Assembly (NCBI GenBank): GCA_017499595.2
Contig: CM039007.1
Location: 1,798,001 to 1,862,000 of the forward strand
Source of the DNA: Psilocybe cubensis
Lineage: Eukaryota
Direction of reading: 5' to 3'
Length of the DNA: 64,000 bases
Shown: in pieces, positions 12,559 through 23,894 of the stretch
Layout of the letters: each line of letters begins with the position of its first letter
How positions within the stretch are numbered: position 1 is the stretch's first letter
The notes under the pieces: generated by a model
What the model was told of the DNA's origin: nothing
The model's database searches: none
Seen by the model: only the letters and a program-made list of their open reading frames with translations
Translations under genes and position numbers: made by a program

Positions 12559-14591
12559 TCAGGGCCACTGTTGAAAGAAAAGGGTAGTCCAGGAGCTGAA
12601 TAAATTTTCCAATGGATAAGTCAATAACCCCATAAAGCGCTGGAAGCTCCAGGGAAAGTGTTGTACTGGTTGGAATTCCATCTTTGGAGGGTCGTCGGTG
12701 GTAGCAAATTCTGGAGTGGCGAATGTAGTATTGATTGAATATGAATAAAGTAAAGACTCATCACAAGTTAGTGTTTCTTTTTTCGCCGATTGTGGTTGAT
12801 CTTCTACAGATCTCGCCGCATTTTGCTGTCGATCATGGACCTTCAACTCGATCGCCATTTCTTTTGGGCCTAACCCCATATGGGTATGAGAGTCGGGCGC
12901 TAAATGACCTTGTTGCAGAGATTTCACATCACAATTATCTGACATCAAACGGTTCGAATGGTCGCTGAATGTCGGGTGTTCGTGTGTTGGCTGTACTTTT
13001 TGGCTCGATGAACCAGTACTTGTCTCGGAATAGCGCGAGGCTTGCTCCGATTCCAGAAGATCCCATTGCGATTTGAGATATTCGGTGAGAATACGGATAC
13101 GGGTAGGGTTGGCTGATAGCTCGTAAGAGGACTAGTGGAAACAAAAGAAATATTTTGTTGTCAGGAACGACACAATACTTGATATCCTTACTTACTTCCT
13201 TTGACCATAGCTTGAAATTACTTTCCGTTAATGGATCAGCAGTTGTAGCAATCGTGGGCTTCGCCTTGGCGTTAGGTAGATGGGTTGAGCCACCATTTGC
13301 TTCTTCCTCCTGTTGTCGGGCCTTAAGCTCCTCGAAGACATAATCACTTTCCCGCTCCCAGGCACCCGGTGAGAGTACATCGACATCGGCCATGTCAGCG
13401 TCGCGCATCATGCATTCAACACAGATATCTTTGTCTGGTAATGGGGGCATATAGAAGGTCTGTGTTTGCGCAGCATATCCTGAGTTAGTTGCTGTTGCTT
13501 GATTTACCATTGAGTGGTTTACATTCTCAGTCAAGTGTGTATGGCTAATTGGAGTGACCGTTGGATTTTGGGGAAGGTTCCATGCGTCCCTAGGGGATGG
13601 TTGAACTATAGCGTCAATGCCGACGGTTTGGTTATCATTGATAATCAAAGGGCTATTTGTGTGGATGGCATGCGTGGTGGGCTCGAGGTCAATGCGCAGA
13701 GTAATCGAATTCATGGATGCAAGCATGGTGGACTGCGGCCTACTGAGAATGAGAAATTTCACACGGCCGCGAAGGCGGTGTGCGGCATCTTGAATTGCAT
13801 TTAGCACCCTCTCCGCTGCGCCACCCGCAGCGTGATGGCTATCCAGACCGTCGACAATAATGACTGGTTGGAATTTGGTTGCTTCGTTGCCGTCAATAGA
13901 CACAAACGGTAACATTAATAAGGGTTGGACGATGAGCCGCTCCATCTGGGTGGAGAGCGACCGCTGAAAGAGGAATGGCGCGCGCTGCATCACGCAGATC
14001 ATAAGCGGCTGGAGCGCGGGCACGGTCTCGCAGAGCTGCAGTGCGAGGGTTGGAACCAGGAAAGGTTCAGTTGCGCCACGCGTCGTTATTCCCCCTCTCT
14101 CCCCGTTATCGTTGGACTCGGGGTTTAAGAAAAAGGTGGCACCTAGCAAATCGTTGCTTTGTAGGATTTCGGCAAATGTGCTTGCAATGGCCGTCTTTCC
14201 TGACCTGGTTGGACCCGTCACCCATAAAACGGGAGGCGCGTGTGGATCGTTGTTGCGTGCCCAGACAAGCAGCCGCGTAACCAACAGTTGCTGCTGTGCT
14301 GAGAAAGGGCTGCACAGAGTTGGCCGGTGGTCCTCAATAGTGTCGTGTGTAGCGCTGAGAGAGACGTGTCGCTCAAAGAGGTCCAATAAGACTAAAGAGT
14401 AGTTACATATTGAGACAGTGGAATAAATGTACTTTTGGGGCATTAGTACCTTGGCGCAGATCATGGGCTGTTGAAGGAGAAGTGTTGTTTGAGATGGTAT
14501 ACTGACCACCAGTGATCATCATAGGTCCGTTGGTTCTGAACATCGACAGCATGGATTCCTGGGTGTTCCCCGCAGTATCTGGTGAATCCAT
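12559..14591 (-). CDS. NACHT-like P-loop NTPase (NLR-type N-terminal half) fused to an unrelated C-terminal region; 3 exons
   Basis: Walker A GPTRSGKT, LGATFFL, LVPTLALQL, QMERLIVQPL, Walker B IIVDGLD and KFLILSRP. Introns 14392-14449 and 13132-13195 join the three ORFs in frame. Confidence 0.75.
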
Positions 14592-14870
14592 TCTTTCTCG
14601 AAGCGCTTGATATGTAATAAGATATCAAAGGGAGTTGAGTCGAGAAATAGGGTCAAAGGGCGTCTCTGTTGGACTCACCAGATATTTATCTGAACTGGTC
14701 GCTGAACGCAAAATACAGATCTCACGCTGGTCATTGTGTCTTTGCGGGAATGTAAAAAAATGCGGCAAGTATCGTGTTACCTTGGTGTTACCCGAGTGCC
14801 GTAGACTTTTTTTGCCTGCTATTGACATCATGATGATTGAGAAGTCAGAACCTGTGCCGCAGACCTATAC

Positions 14871-16089
14871 AGCGCGACGTATGGAAAGCCGGAAGAGCGA
14901 GGTGCCCAGCCACAAACCAAACATCGTCCGGCAGAGATGCCGAGTGATCGTTAGGCAACTCACAATCCCGCTATGGCTGAACGACTTCCGACACCCTGCA
15001 CCGAGTGCACTATACAAATATCTATATTCCGTCACATACTTTAGGTACGTTATTTTTCGCCATCTATTATTTAGTTATGGCCTGTAAGAAAGGCAATAAA
15101 TTCAATATTTTGCATGACTAAAATGACCGCGGTGTTTGGGCCTTGGCTAGCACATTGATGACATGAGAGGAAGTGAACTAGGACAGGTAAACTGCTTATA
15201 AAAAGATCCAGAGTGCTTATACTCACCCATCAGACCCAAACCAAACTTTGGTATGCGCCCAGCACGGCGGGACGGTTGTTCATGGGCAACGGACGAAATG
15301 GACATGAGAGGAGAGGAGAAAGAGGAGATCTAGGGCAGGTGATAGAGCACAGTGAGTGGTCTAAGCTCGACGTCGTTGAGACCTTGAGCTGAAGATGTGA
15401 GCCTTGATGTGAGCCTGTAGAAAACTGACTGTTTCCCGCACCGCCGATTATCTTCCTTTTATCTTATCTTTAATTTACTTTTCTGTGGACTTCACCTTTG
15501 TTCCATCCACCCGACACACCCAGTCCTTTAGCTCATTTTCTTTACTCTATTTTCCTATTTCTTGAAACTGACTTATACTCTACCTTCATGTATTTCTCAA
15601 TTAACCCTGTTATCTCTTTCTTTGTCTATTTCTTTTGAACACCTTATTTCTACAATATAAATGAAGGCTACGGAACCGCTGTTACTCTCGGTGTCAATAT
15701 TGTTACTTACGTCACAGCGGGGGCAAGAAAAACTTGTAACTGATGCAAAAACCCTTTCTTACAGGCCATAACTAGTAAATAATAGTGCGAAAAATAACTC
15801 CAAACGGCGGCTTCGCAGCAATTGCCTGCCATGCCAGTAAAATTGTGTTTGCTATTGTGTACTAGATTACATGTAATAATTATGTGTATCCAGATTACCT
15901 ACCAGGGCAGGTAACACCTACAGTATGCGACGGAATATAGATATTTGTATAGTGCACTCGGTGCAGGGTGTCGGAAGTTGTTCAGCCATAGCGGGATTGT
16001 GAGTTGCCTAGCGATCACTCGGCATCTCTGCCGGACGATGTTTGGTTTGTGTCTGGGCACCTCGCTCTTCCGGCTTTCATACGACGCTA
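14871..16089. mobile_element. Non-coding fold-back / MITE-like element with about 220-bp imperfect inverted repeats
   Basis: 14871-15093 is the reverse complement of 15753-16089, whose arm is interrupted by about 117 bp at 15799-15915. No transposase ORF inside. Confidence 0.7.
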
Positions 16090-16683
16090 ATATTAAATAA
16101 TACATGTGCAGCGCTATGATATTCAAACACCGCCACACCGCAACTACATTTGGAGTACATTCTCTTTATAAATTTTGCCATTTCCGATAGGTATCACAAA
16201 GCAAAGGCGAATGGATCGGCGGGTACAACTCGCTGGCTATGATTTATGTGTTGCGAATAATGAAAAGAGGGGGATAAGGGTTAGACTGAACACCACGACT
16301 TCTTCGCATGGGCGTACGCAAAGAGAGTGGGTTGGTGTATGGCTATCAGTGAGCAGGGAGCAGTGAGATAACAGTTTTAGTGGAAAATAGTACGCAGGGT
16401 CAGACGTCCAGCGACGTGTATGTAGAGGCCACTGTGTCGGTGATGGCAGTGAGAGTGGCAGTGGTTTCAACGTCTGTTTGTTTCCTTACTGGAATTATCA
16501 TCCTTCGATGTTCGGAATTGTATCCAGGTAGACTTGTAGTTGGGTCGAAAATACACGGCCTGTGATTTGATGATGAATAATAGTATATAAAGAACGGGAA
16601 AGTATACAGCAGCGCCGTTGATCCAGAAAATCTCCAATACGGTTCATACATTATTGTTACTGGCAGTTCCTGACAAGGGCGCG

Positions 16684-17583
16684 ATGTTTCTCACCATCCC
16701 TCTGGAGCTAAGGCAGGAGATATATGCGGCGCACTTGACTTCCGTTTCCAAGAAACGTCTACCATTGACAGAAGATGGGCTGGATCGCCTGTATTCAGAA
16801 AACGGTTGTTGGCGGTCAAAAGATTTGTGGTGGAGAAAAGAAGATGAAGAATTTCTCGAGTGTTGTGTTTGTTACCCAAACCCTTCCTTAAACCCTGCAA
16901 TGCCTTCGCACTCGCTTCTACCTCTTCTCCTGTGTAACCGACAGATTAACACAGAAGTATTGGCACTTATGGAGCTTCTGACCTCGACCAGCCATGATTG
17001 GATGTGTTACGAATTGGACTGCGAAATTGTAGACGAGGTTAAAATCGTTCCAACTTGGGTTCACATACCACCAATCCATCCCAAGCATGGCGCAACGATT
17101 TCCTGTGTATATGTAACGTTCCGCTTGTCTGGCCAACGTAGATTTTTGGATCCTGAGACAGCCGGAAGAGTGGAGTTCTGGTCTCATGGAAATGGCGGGC
17201 CTAGCAGGATAATACGAGGCCTCGAGGCGATATTAACTCGTTTTCTCAAATGGGGCCCTAATTTCCTCAATCTGAGCAAAAATCCTCAAAGATCGAGATT
17301 TAAATATTTCAGACGAGATCCAGAAAAGGCCCACAAACTGTTTACTGTTATGGTCGATAAATTGGTGCTCAACTTTGCAACTCCACCGATTTCGCCTGAA
17401 GAAATGCGCCTTCGCGAAGAAAATGGAGAAATCATCAATCCAAGACAGGCCTGTGGCATCGTGCGTCGTTACTTTGATATCTTGTTGGATGGTGGTTACA
17501 TGGGAGATTCATTTGAAAAGAGAGACTTCATTGTGGCCAGAGTGGGCCATATACAGTGGGAGATCGATGGTCAGATTGAGTAG
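16684..17583 (+). CDS. F-box-like fungal protein of unknown function
   Basis: N-terminal FLTIPLELRQEIY and LLLCNRQINTEV F-box-like motifs, then YELDCEIVDEVKIVPTWVHIPP; 299-aa ORF. A short extra 3' exon is possible via GTAGGT at about 17580. Confidence 0.6.
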   Translation: MFLTIPLELRQEIYAAHLTSVSKKRLPLTEDGLDRLYSENGCWRSKDLWWRKEDEEFLECCVCYPNPSLNPAMPSHSLLPLLLCNRQINTEVLALMELLTSTSHDWMCYELDCEIVDEVKIVPTWVHIPPIHPKHGATISCVYVTFRLSGQRRFLDPETAGRVEFWSHGNGGPSRIIRGLEAILTRFLKWGPNFLNLSKNPQRSRFKYFRRDPEKAHKLFTVMVDKLVLNFATPPISPEEMRLREENGEIINPRQACGIVRRYFDILLDGGYMGDSFEKRDFIVARVGHIQWEIDGQIE

Positions 17584-19499
17584 GTCCATATTCTTTACAT
17601 CGTAGTTCTGAGGACTCTACGACGCGGGTATGACGAACATAATAAAGTTGAAGTGTTTGTATGTGTAATTGGTGTCGTTGAGCAAGCAAGGAAGCTGCAA
17701 GGCCAGTGTAAGACAGGTGCAAGGCCAAGAAAGCTTGTCAACGTGGGAACCGCAGTGAAACTCGCAAGTCCCGCTTCCCATCAATTTCAATGATTTGGAA
17801 GATTTGTTTAAAAATTGTAATGTCAGAAACATCTAAATCAGTACACTATACTCTTGTATATAGTTAGACTAATCTGTCCTTCCTCGTTTGCCTAATATCA
17901 AGGAGTGGAAGCATCAACTTGCCTAAATTTGAGCATAAAATGACTTATTTAAAGGTGAAAATGCAAAATTCCGAGTCTCATCTGTGAATTATTTGTGTTT
18001 CAGGATGTAGATTGTACTTTTACTTCACTTTTCAGCCGTTTAAATGAGTACTGACATGGGTCAACGTGATCATAACAATAACTAGGTGAATTATTTCCAA
18101 GAAATGAGGAGATTGCATACAATCTTATGTGCCAACTGCAGCATGCACTCTTTGCATGTATACTTTAGCAGTTCACACTCCAGCATACACAAAAAAGCAT
18201 GTACATTGTGAATACAGTACTGTCAGAGCAGAAGTAAACCTTTCTTACCAGTGTAAATATTAATTTTTGAAGGCTCTAATGAGTCTTTTTTGCAAAAGTC
18301 TGAGGCTTTAAAATTGAGTTTGGTACATACAATAAAATATAATTATACCCATTACTATCCAACCCATATTAAACGAGATTGAACTGGGGTCACTGTTCAC
18401 ATTCAACATTTAAACGGTTTGCAGAAGCTCCAAAACGCGACCGTGTAACGGATCGCGGGAACCGTCACATGACGCGGCGGAGCCCAATTAAGATGGCCAT
18501 GCCGCCAATGGCCGCGAAGTTACTTAAAAAGTTGTCGGACATCGAAAAGCTGGTGACCTAAGGGTCTATGCACCCGCCAAACTCTGGTGACCGCGAGTGA
18601 CAAGGCGGGCGATCGGGAGATGCTCGGAGAACTTAGCACACTGAAATGCACAAAATTCTGAATTTTTTGGCACGCGGAAGGGCCCGAGCGTGACGAATTA
18701 CATAATATTTCTGGTGACCCAAGCCGGTGACCGGGTCCCCAAGTCACAGGGAGTTCGCTATAGAACAAGGAGAACCAATAATGCTTACATAACGCATTCA
18801 TTTCTTTGCCGGGGTTCAAGGGGTTCAAGGTCGCTATGTACATGGTCGTTCATTGCCAAATTCCTCCTTACTATACCTTGTGCCACCTCATATCCGGGTT
18901 AACCGTTCTCTGACAGCCTGTGAACATCTTATAACAGAAAAATACAAAGTATGATCCTCAAATCAATGATATATACTCAGTATCGAAGAGTGAAGTGTGG
19001 CGAGACTGATTTACTTATTTCTGTCTTTTTTTATCAGGTTATAATTTGGTCATAATGTGGACAGTACAAGATTAAGGTTTCTCACAATGAAGAAACTAAC
19101 TCGGAAGGATTTCTCCCGCTAATCCAAACTTCCAAAGGCGGTTCTTCTACTGCCCTACTACCACGTTCACGTTCATCTCGACACCTGAAAGACCTTACTA
19201 TTTGCCACAGGAAGCTTTTACGACAAGCATACTGCATTCATGCAAAGTTTTGAAATGGCGGCGCAGCTTTATCGTACCTTCACACTCTCACGTTTATACA
19301 TATAACTCCAATCAGCCGTGGAATCGAAGCAATCTGGTGACATTTCAAGCGTGGAAGCCTTAGGCGGGATATTACGACATGTTATTCTGCCCCGAATAGC
19401 TGTCCCGAACTGTATTGATAGGTGGTATCTTCCCCAAGGTCTTCATTGTTGTCGACCCCCCATCATCATCTGCTTCGTTTTTTTCTCTGGACCGTGACA

Positions 19500-21980
19500 A
19501 TGGCGAAGGAGTCTGACACCTCTTCGAGGGCAAACGATGGAGCAGTGTCGAAGCAAGAAGTGGGAGTTACTGATGATGTGGTCCGTGGTTTGGAGAAGAT
19601 GGGATATCATCAGGAGCTCACAAGGGTACGTTTTCGAACGAAACGAGTTGTAAAATGCTCACCAAAGCTGTCTCTCCTAGACTCGAGGCCTCTTCCATAT
19701 ATTGTTCAGTGAGTCAAATTTTCACTTCTCAACTTAGCAGCAAAAGCTAAACATCAACAGTGTTATTGGGTATGTCTATCTGCTTAACTTACCATTGAGG
19801 AGAACTACGCATTCATGTCAATTCAAGCTATTATTGCCGTTCGTAAGTTGATATTTCAATATTTTCTTTTAAACCGATGTTTATTCTTATCTTCTTCATA
19901 TGCAGCTTTCGGGCTGGCTGCTCCTATTGCTACTTCTCTTGTTGCCGGTGGACCTGCCAACATCATCTGGGGGTAAGATTCCATTATCATCCAATGTCTG
20001 GCCGCGTTTTGACTTCTGGTTTCCAAGCTGGGTTTTGATATCAATTACCAGTGAACCGCTCGCGGTATCGCTAGCAGAGGTCTGCTCGAAATATCCCACC
20101 TCTGCAGGTGCATATTACTGGTGCTTCCGTCTGGGCCCTCCGAAACATCGCGTGCTGTTGTCATGGATTAATGGTTGGCTTACAATGGTGGGGGTATGGA
20201 CAATTAGTTTGTCGGTGACTTTTGTGAGCATTTATATCATTTTTAAACTCGACTCCAAATTGACATTCAATATAGGGTACTGCACAAATTTTGGTAGCTG
20301 GTATAGGCATATTCCATCCAGAATGGGAACCCCAAGCCTGGCAAACTTGTCAGTTTCTACTTTACTTTATGGTCAATTTTATGCTTATGTGGTTTTGTAG
20401 ACCTTGTTTTCTTGGGAGTCGCGGTCGTTGCTACGCTCGTTGGAATTTTTTTCAATTCTTTTCTACCAACTCTAGATGTAATTTTTCCTCTAGTTTCTTA
20501 TCACAGACTCCCCAGCTGATCAAATTGTGCTGTCTACCCCAGATTATCTGTGCCTGTTGGACGGCTCTCGGGGTCATCGGTTTGTTTCAAGTTCAACATA
20601 TCATGTCTGTCCCTGTCTGATAAGTAGACAGTGATCCTCGTTTGCTTATCCGTCAAGGCGGCGTCAGGGCGGCATTCAGCCAACTTTGCGCTGACGCACT
20701 TTGATCCTTCTGGGTCGGGGTGGACGCCTGGATGGTCATTTTTTATTGGTCTGCTTCCGGTATGATCCCCGCGTATCTCTGAAATACATGAACATATAGT
20801 GACGCTTTTTTACCAGCCTGGTATGATATTGTGTTTACTGCTAGGTATATGTGATCTGATACTTTTTAGCTTATACATTTTCTGCCACCGGAATGGGTAA
20901 GCTAATCTCCAACAAACTGTGCATGCACTGACCACCTTTGCAGTCGCTAGTATGGCGGAAGAAGTGCACGATCCAACTGTCCAGCTGCCCCTTGCCATGA
21001 GCTGGGCCATTCCTATCAGTTTCATTATTGGGTTGATCTTCCTGCTTCCGATTTTGTTCACCCTCCCTGACGTAGCAACTCTTCTGGCTGGTACGGCTCC
21101 TTATTTCGTCAATGTAACACACATCAGACTTCAATTGTTGTCCCCACATAGTGCCCGGGGGCCAACCCATCGGCGTACTTTTCCAGCTCATCATGGGGTC
21201 AAAGGGCGGTGGCTTTGGGATGGTACGGCAAGATTTTTTCATGCGTAAACACTCAAAAATTGACTGACGAATCGCTATCTCAGTGGCTGATAATCTTTGG
21301 CATCGGCATGTTCTGCGCCATCTCCATCTGCTGCGCAGCCTCGCGTGCAACATGGAGCTTCTCGCGCGATAAAGCCATCCCATTGCACCAAGTCTGGTCC
21401 AAAGTGAACCGGAGCCTCGGCGACGTTCCCGTCTACGCGTACCTGCTCTCGCTCTCCATCCAGCTTTTGCTCGGGCTCATCTTCCTCGGGTCGACGGCCG
21501 CGTTCAACGCGTTCGTCGGTGTTGCTGTGATCTGCCTCGGCGCGAGTTATGCGATGCCGATTGCGATCTCGGTTGCGAATGGACGCAGGGATATGCAAGA
21601 TGCGCCATTTAACCTTGGGAAATGGGGATTTGCCATCAATATTTTTGCGATTGTGTGGGTGGTCTTTGAGATTGTCTTGTTCTCGATGCCTGCTGTGATT
21701 CCGGTGACGGAAACTTCGATGAGTGCGTTGTCACAGTTTTGCTTATCAGACCGTTAATACAATGGGACTGATATTTTTTTTTGTAGATTATGCCTCTGTG
21801 GTGTTTGTTGGATTTGCCGTTATCAGTGCTGTTTGGTACCTAATCAGTGAGTTCTTCGATGTTTCCAACAGGACAGAATTCTCAAACTTAATTGCAGATG
21901 GAAGGTATAATTACAAAGGACCGCCTCTTCCCAGTGATGATGATTCCCAAGTCGTAGAGTTTGAGAAACAAGGGAATTGA
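19500..21980 (+). CDS. APC-superfamily amino-acid/GABA/choline-type permease (many exons)
   Basis: MGYHQELTR, GGPANIIWG, SLAEVCSKYPTSAGAYYW, SMAEEVHDP, AASRATWSFSRD and APFNLGKWG motifs with multiple hydrophobic helices. The frame is restored by micro-exons. Confidence 0.92.
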
Positions 21981-22190
21981 TTTATCCCTAGGCACATTGA
22001 GTGCCAGCGATAATAAGTAGTGTGTGTGTGTGACTGGTATTATAATACAAAATTTACACAGCAGACAGCGGTTACCCAAGAACGAAAAGATTCAAGGATC
22101 CAAGGCATAGCAGCAGCATACAGGGGGTACAAGCAACGACTCGAGAGCAAGGGAATAAAAAAAGAAAGAAAAGAAAGAGAATCGGAAAGT

Positions 22191-23309
22191 TCAAGCGGCC
22201 AGTTTGGACGCAACAGCCATTAGCTGGTCGATGTTAATAAACTGGACCCAATTCTCGAGCTCCTGCGGAGTCTGGTGGAAGATGAACGTAGTCTCGACCG
22301 TGCCGCGGTAGTACGCGCACACGCATTCGTACTCCTCCTGCTTGAGAATCGTGCCGCGCGCGACGCCGAGCTTGGCGCCGAACACTCGGAACTCCCAGCC
22401 CATGAGCAGGTTGCCGTCGCCCGTCGCGCGCCGGTTGGGGATGTCGAATTCGAGGCGCGAGTAGTCGAACCCCATCGGCTGCCCGATCGCTTTGATGTAG
22501 GACTCTTTGAGTGCGATGAGCATGCACAGTCGTTTGAGGACGATTTCGTCCGGGTTGTTGGAGACGTTTGCGATCTCTAGTGGAGTTAGCTGCGAAAGGT
22601 AAGATGATGGGTTAACGGATGTAGTGAGATTGACAAAGGGAGGAAGAGGGTGTATGACGCACTTTGTGGGATAGAGACTCGAAATAGACTGGGACGGATG
22701 TGCCTCTCGGTTCCACCTTGAGCTGCTTGACCCCCAGCCCGATATTCACCACCTGCGCTGGCGTGCCCTGCGTCACCGCCATGCCACATAGGGAATTGTG
22801 GAAAGTCAATTGGTAGCCTATGCTGGGCGGCCGTGCCCTATTTGACGATTCGGACGGCTTTGGAAGCAGACATCGTCAGCTTTAGAATCAATCAGTGGTG
22901 TGGATGAGCGATGGGCTTACTATGTGTTCTATCCAGTGTTTGCCTGCGGGGGTTACGTGGTCTTTCCATTTGGCGCGAGGGACGCGGCGATGGCGCATCA
23001 TTAGCACGGGGAGCAGCTGGGTCATCAGCATACCTGTGAATTATCATTAGGCACCCTCAATAGCAGCGATGCACGAGATCGGGACTTACGAAAAGAATCT
23101 GGGTTATTGAAGTCGTATTTGTACTTGTCATTTGGGAAGCATAGTTTGCACAATTGGTACGCTGTATCATATTCCTACAAATTCGTTTGTGCAACAAGCT
23201 TTTAAATGAACTGCTCAAAGAAAAATAAAGTGGCCATGGGGTGACTCACAATTTTCGCGTACTCTCTGTTCAGAGATAACATCCAAACCAGCACCGTTTC
23301 GTAGCTCAT
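22191..23309 (-). CDS. Sfp/Lys5-type 4'-phosphopantetheinyl transferase-like protein with degenerate catalytic motifs (5 exons)
   Basis: Spliced MSYETVLVW...RMLMTQLLP...TPAGKHW...IGYQLTFHN...NIGLGVKQ...LTPLE...ALKESYIKAIG...LEFD...GWEF follows the PPTase motif order. Confidence 0.7.
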
Positions 23310-23633
23310 TGTGTAATGGAAGATTAGTGTCGAATCAGTGTGTTTCGACCAGATCGATAGGGAGTTGTACAGTGTAGTGTAGGGCGCTGCCTCGTGGATA
23401 ACCTATCCAATTAACATGAGTCACTTGATTGCTTATAACACAGCCTTCAGTAAAGACAGAACTCACAGTTATCCGCGATACAGCTCGATTAGCCTGTGTC
23501 CAGCTGGGTGTGGATGTGGGATGTGCGTGTAGGGCGAACGCACGACAAAGGAAAAGAAGGCAGCCATTTTACCTCGCGGACGAGGTTTAAGTGTCAAAAA
23601 TACAATTTCCATCACGAGTTTCCGGGGTCGTGA

Positions 23634-23894
23634 TGTGACGGGGCGTGAGAATACACGAGTCCCGGCACACTTCGAACCTCAGAAAGACTGGCTAAAATAT
23701 GTCTATTCAAGGTCGAACTTCTACACTACTCTAACTACGTCTTTTATACCTTTCTACCTACCTACCTACGTCATAGACACAGTCACTTGAATATCAAATA
23801 CGAACACGATAGAAAAGCGTAGAAAACTTAGTAATATTCCGGCAGTATTCTTGCCGTGATGGCTCGGCATCGACAATGTGATGCCGCCGTCACA
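23634..23894 (-). repeat. 3' LTR
   Basis: TGTGACGG...CCGTCACA with an 8-bp terminal inverted repeat; identical to 31733-31993. Confidence 0.97.

Noticed and set aside
15396-15716. Possible solo LTR (TGTGAG...GTCACA) inside the fold-back element
   Set aside because: No matching target-site duplication, an ambiguous left end, and no similarity to the LTRs in this window beyond the terminal bases.
14635-16138. Two opposite-strand ORFs sharing the peptide ESRKSEVP...SALYKYLYSV
   Set aside because: A by-product of the inverted repeat; there are no transposase or other protein motifs.
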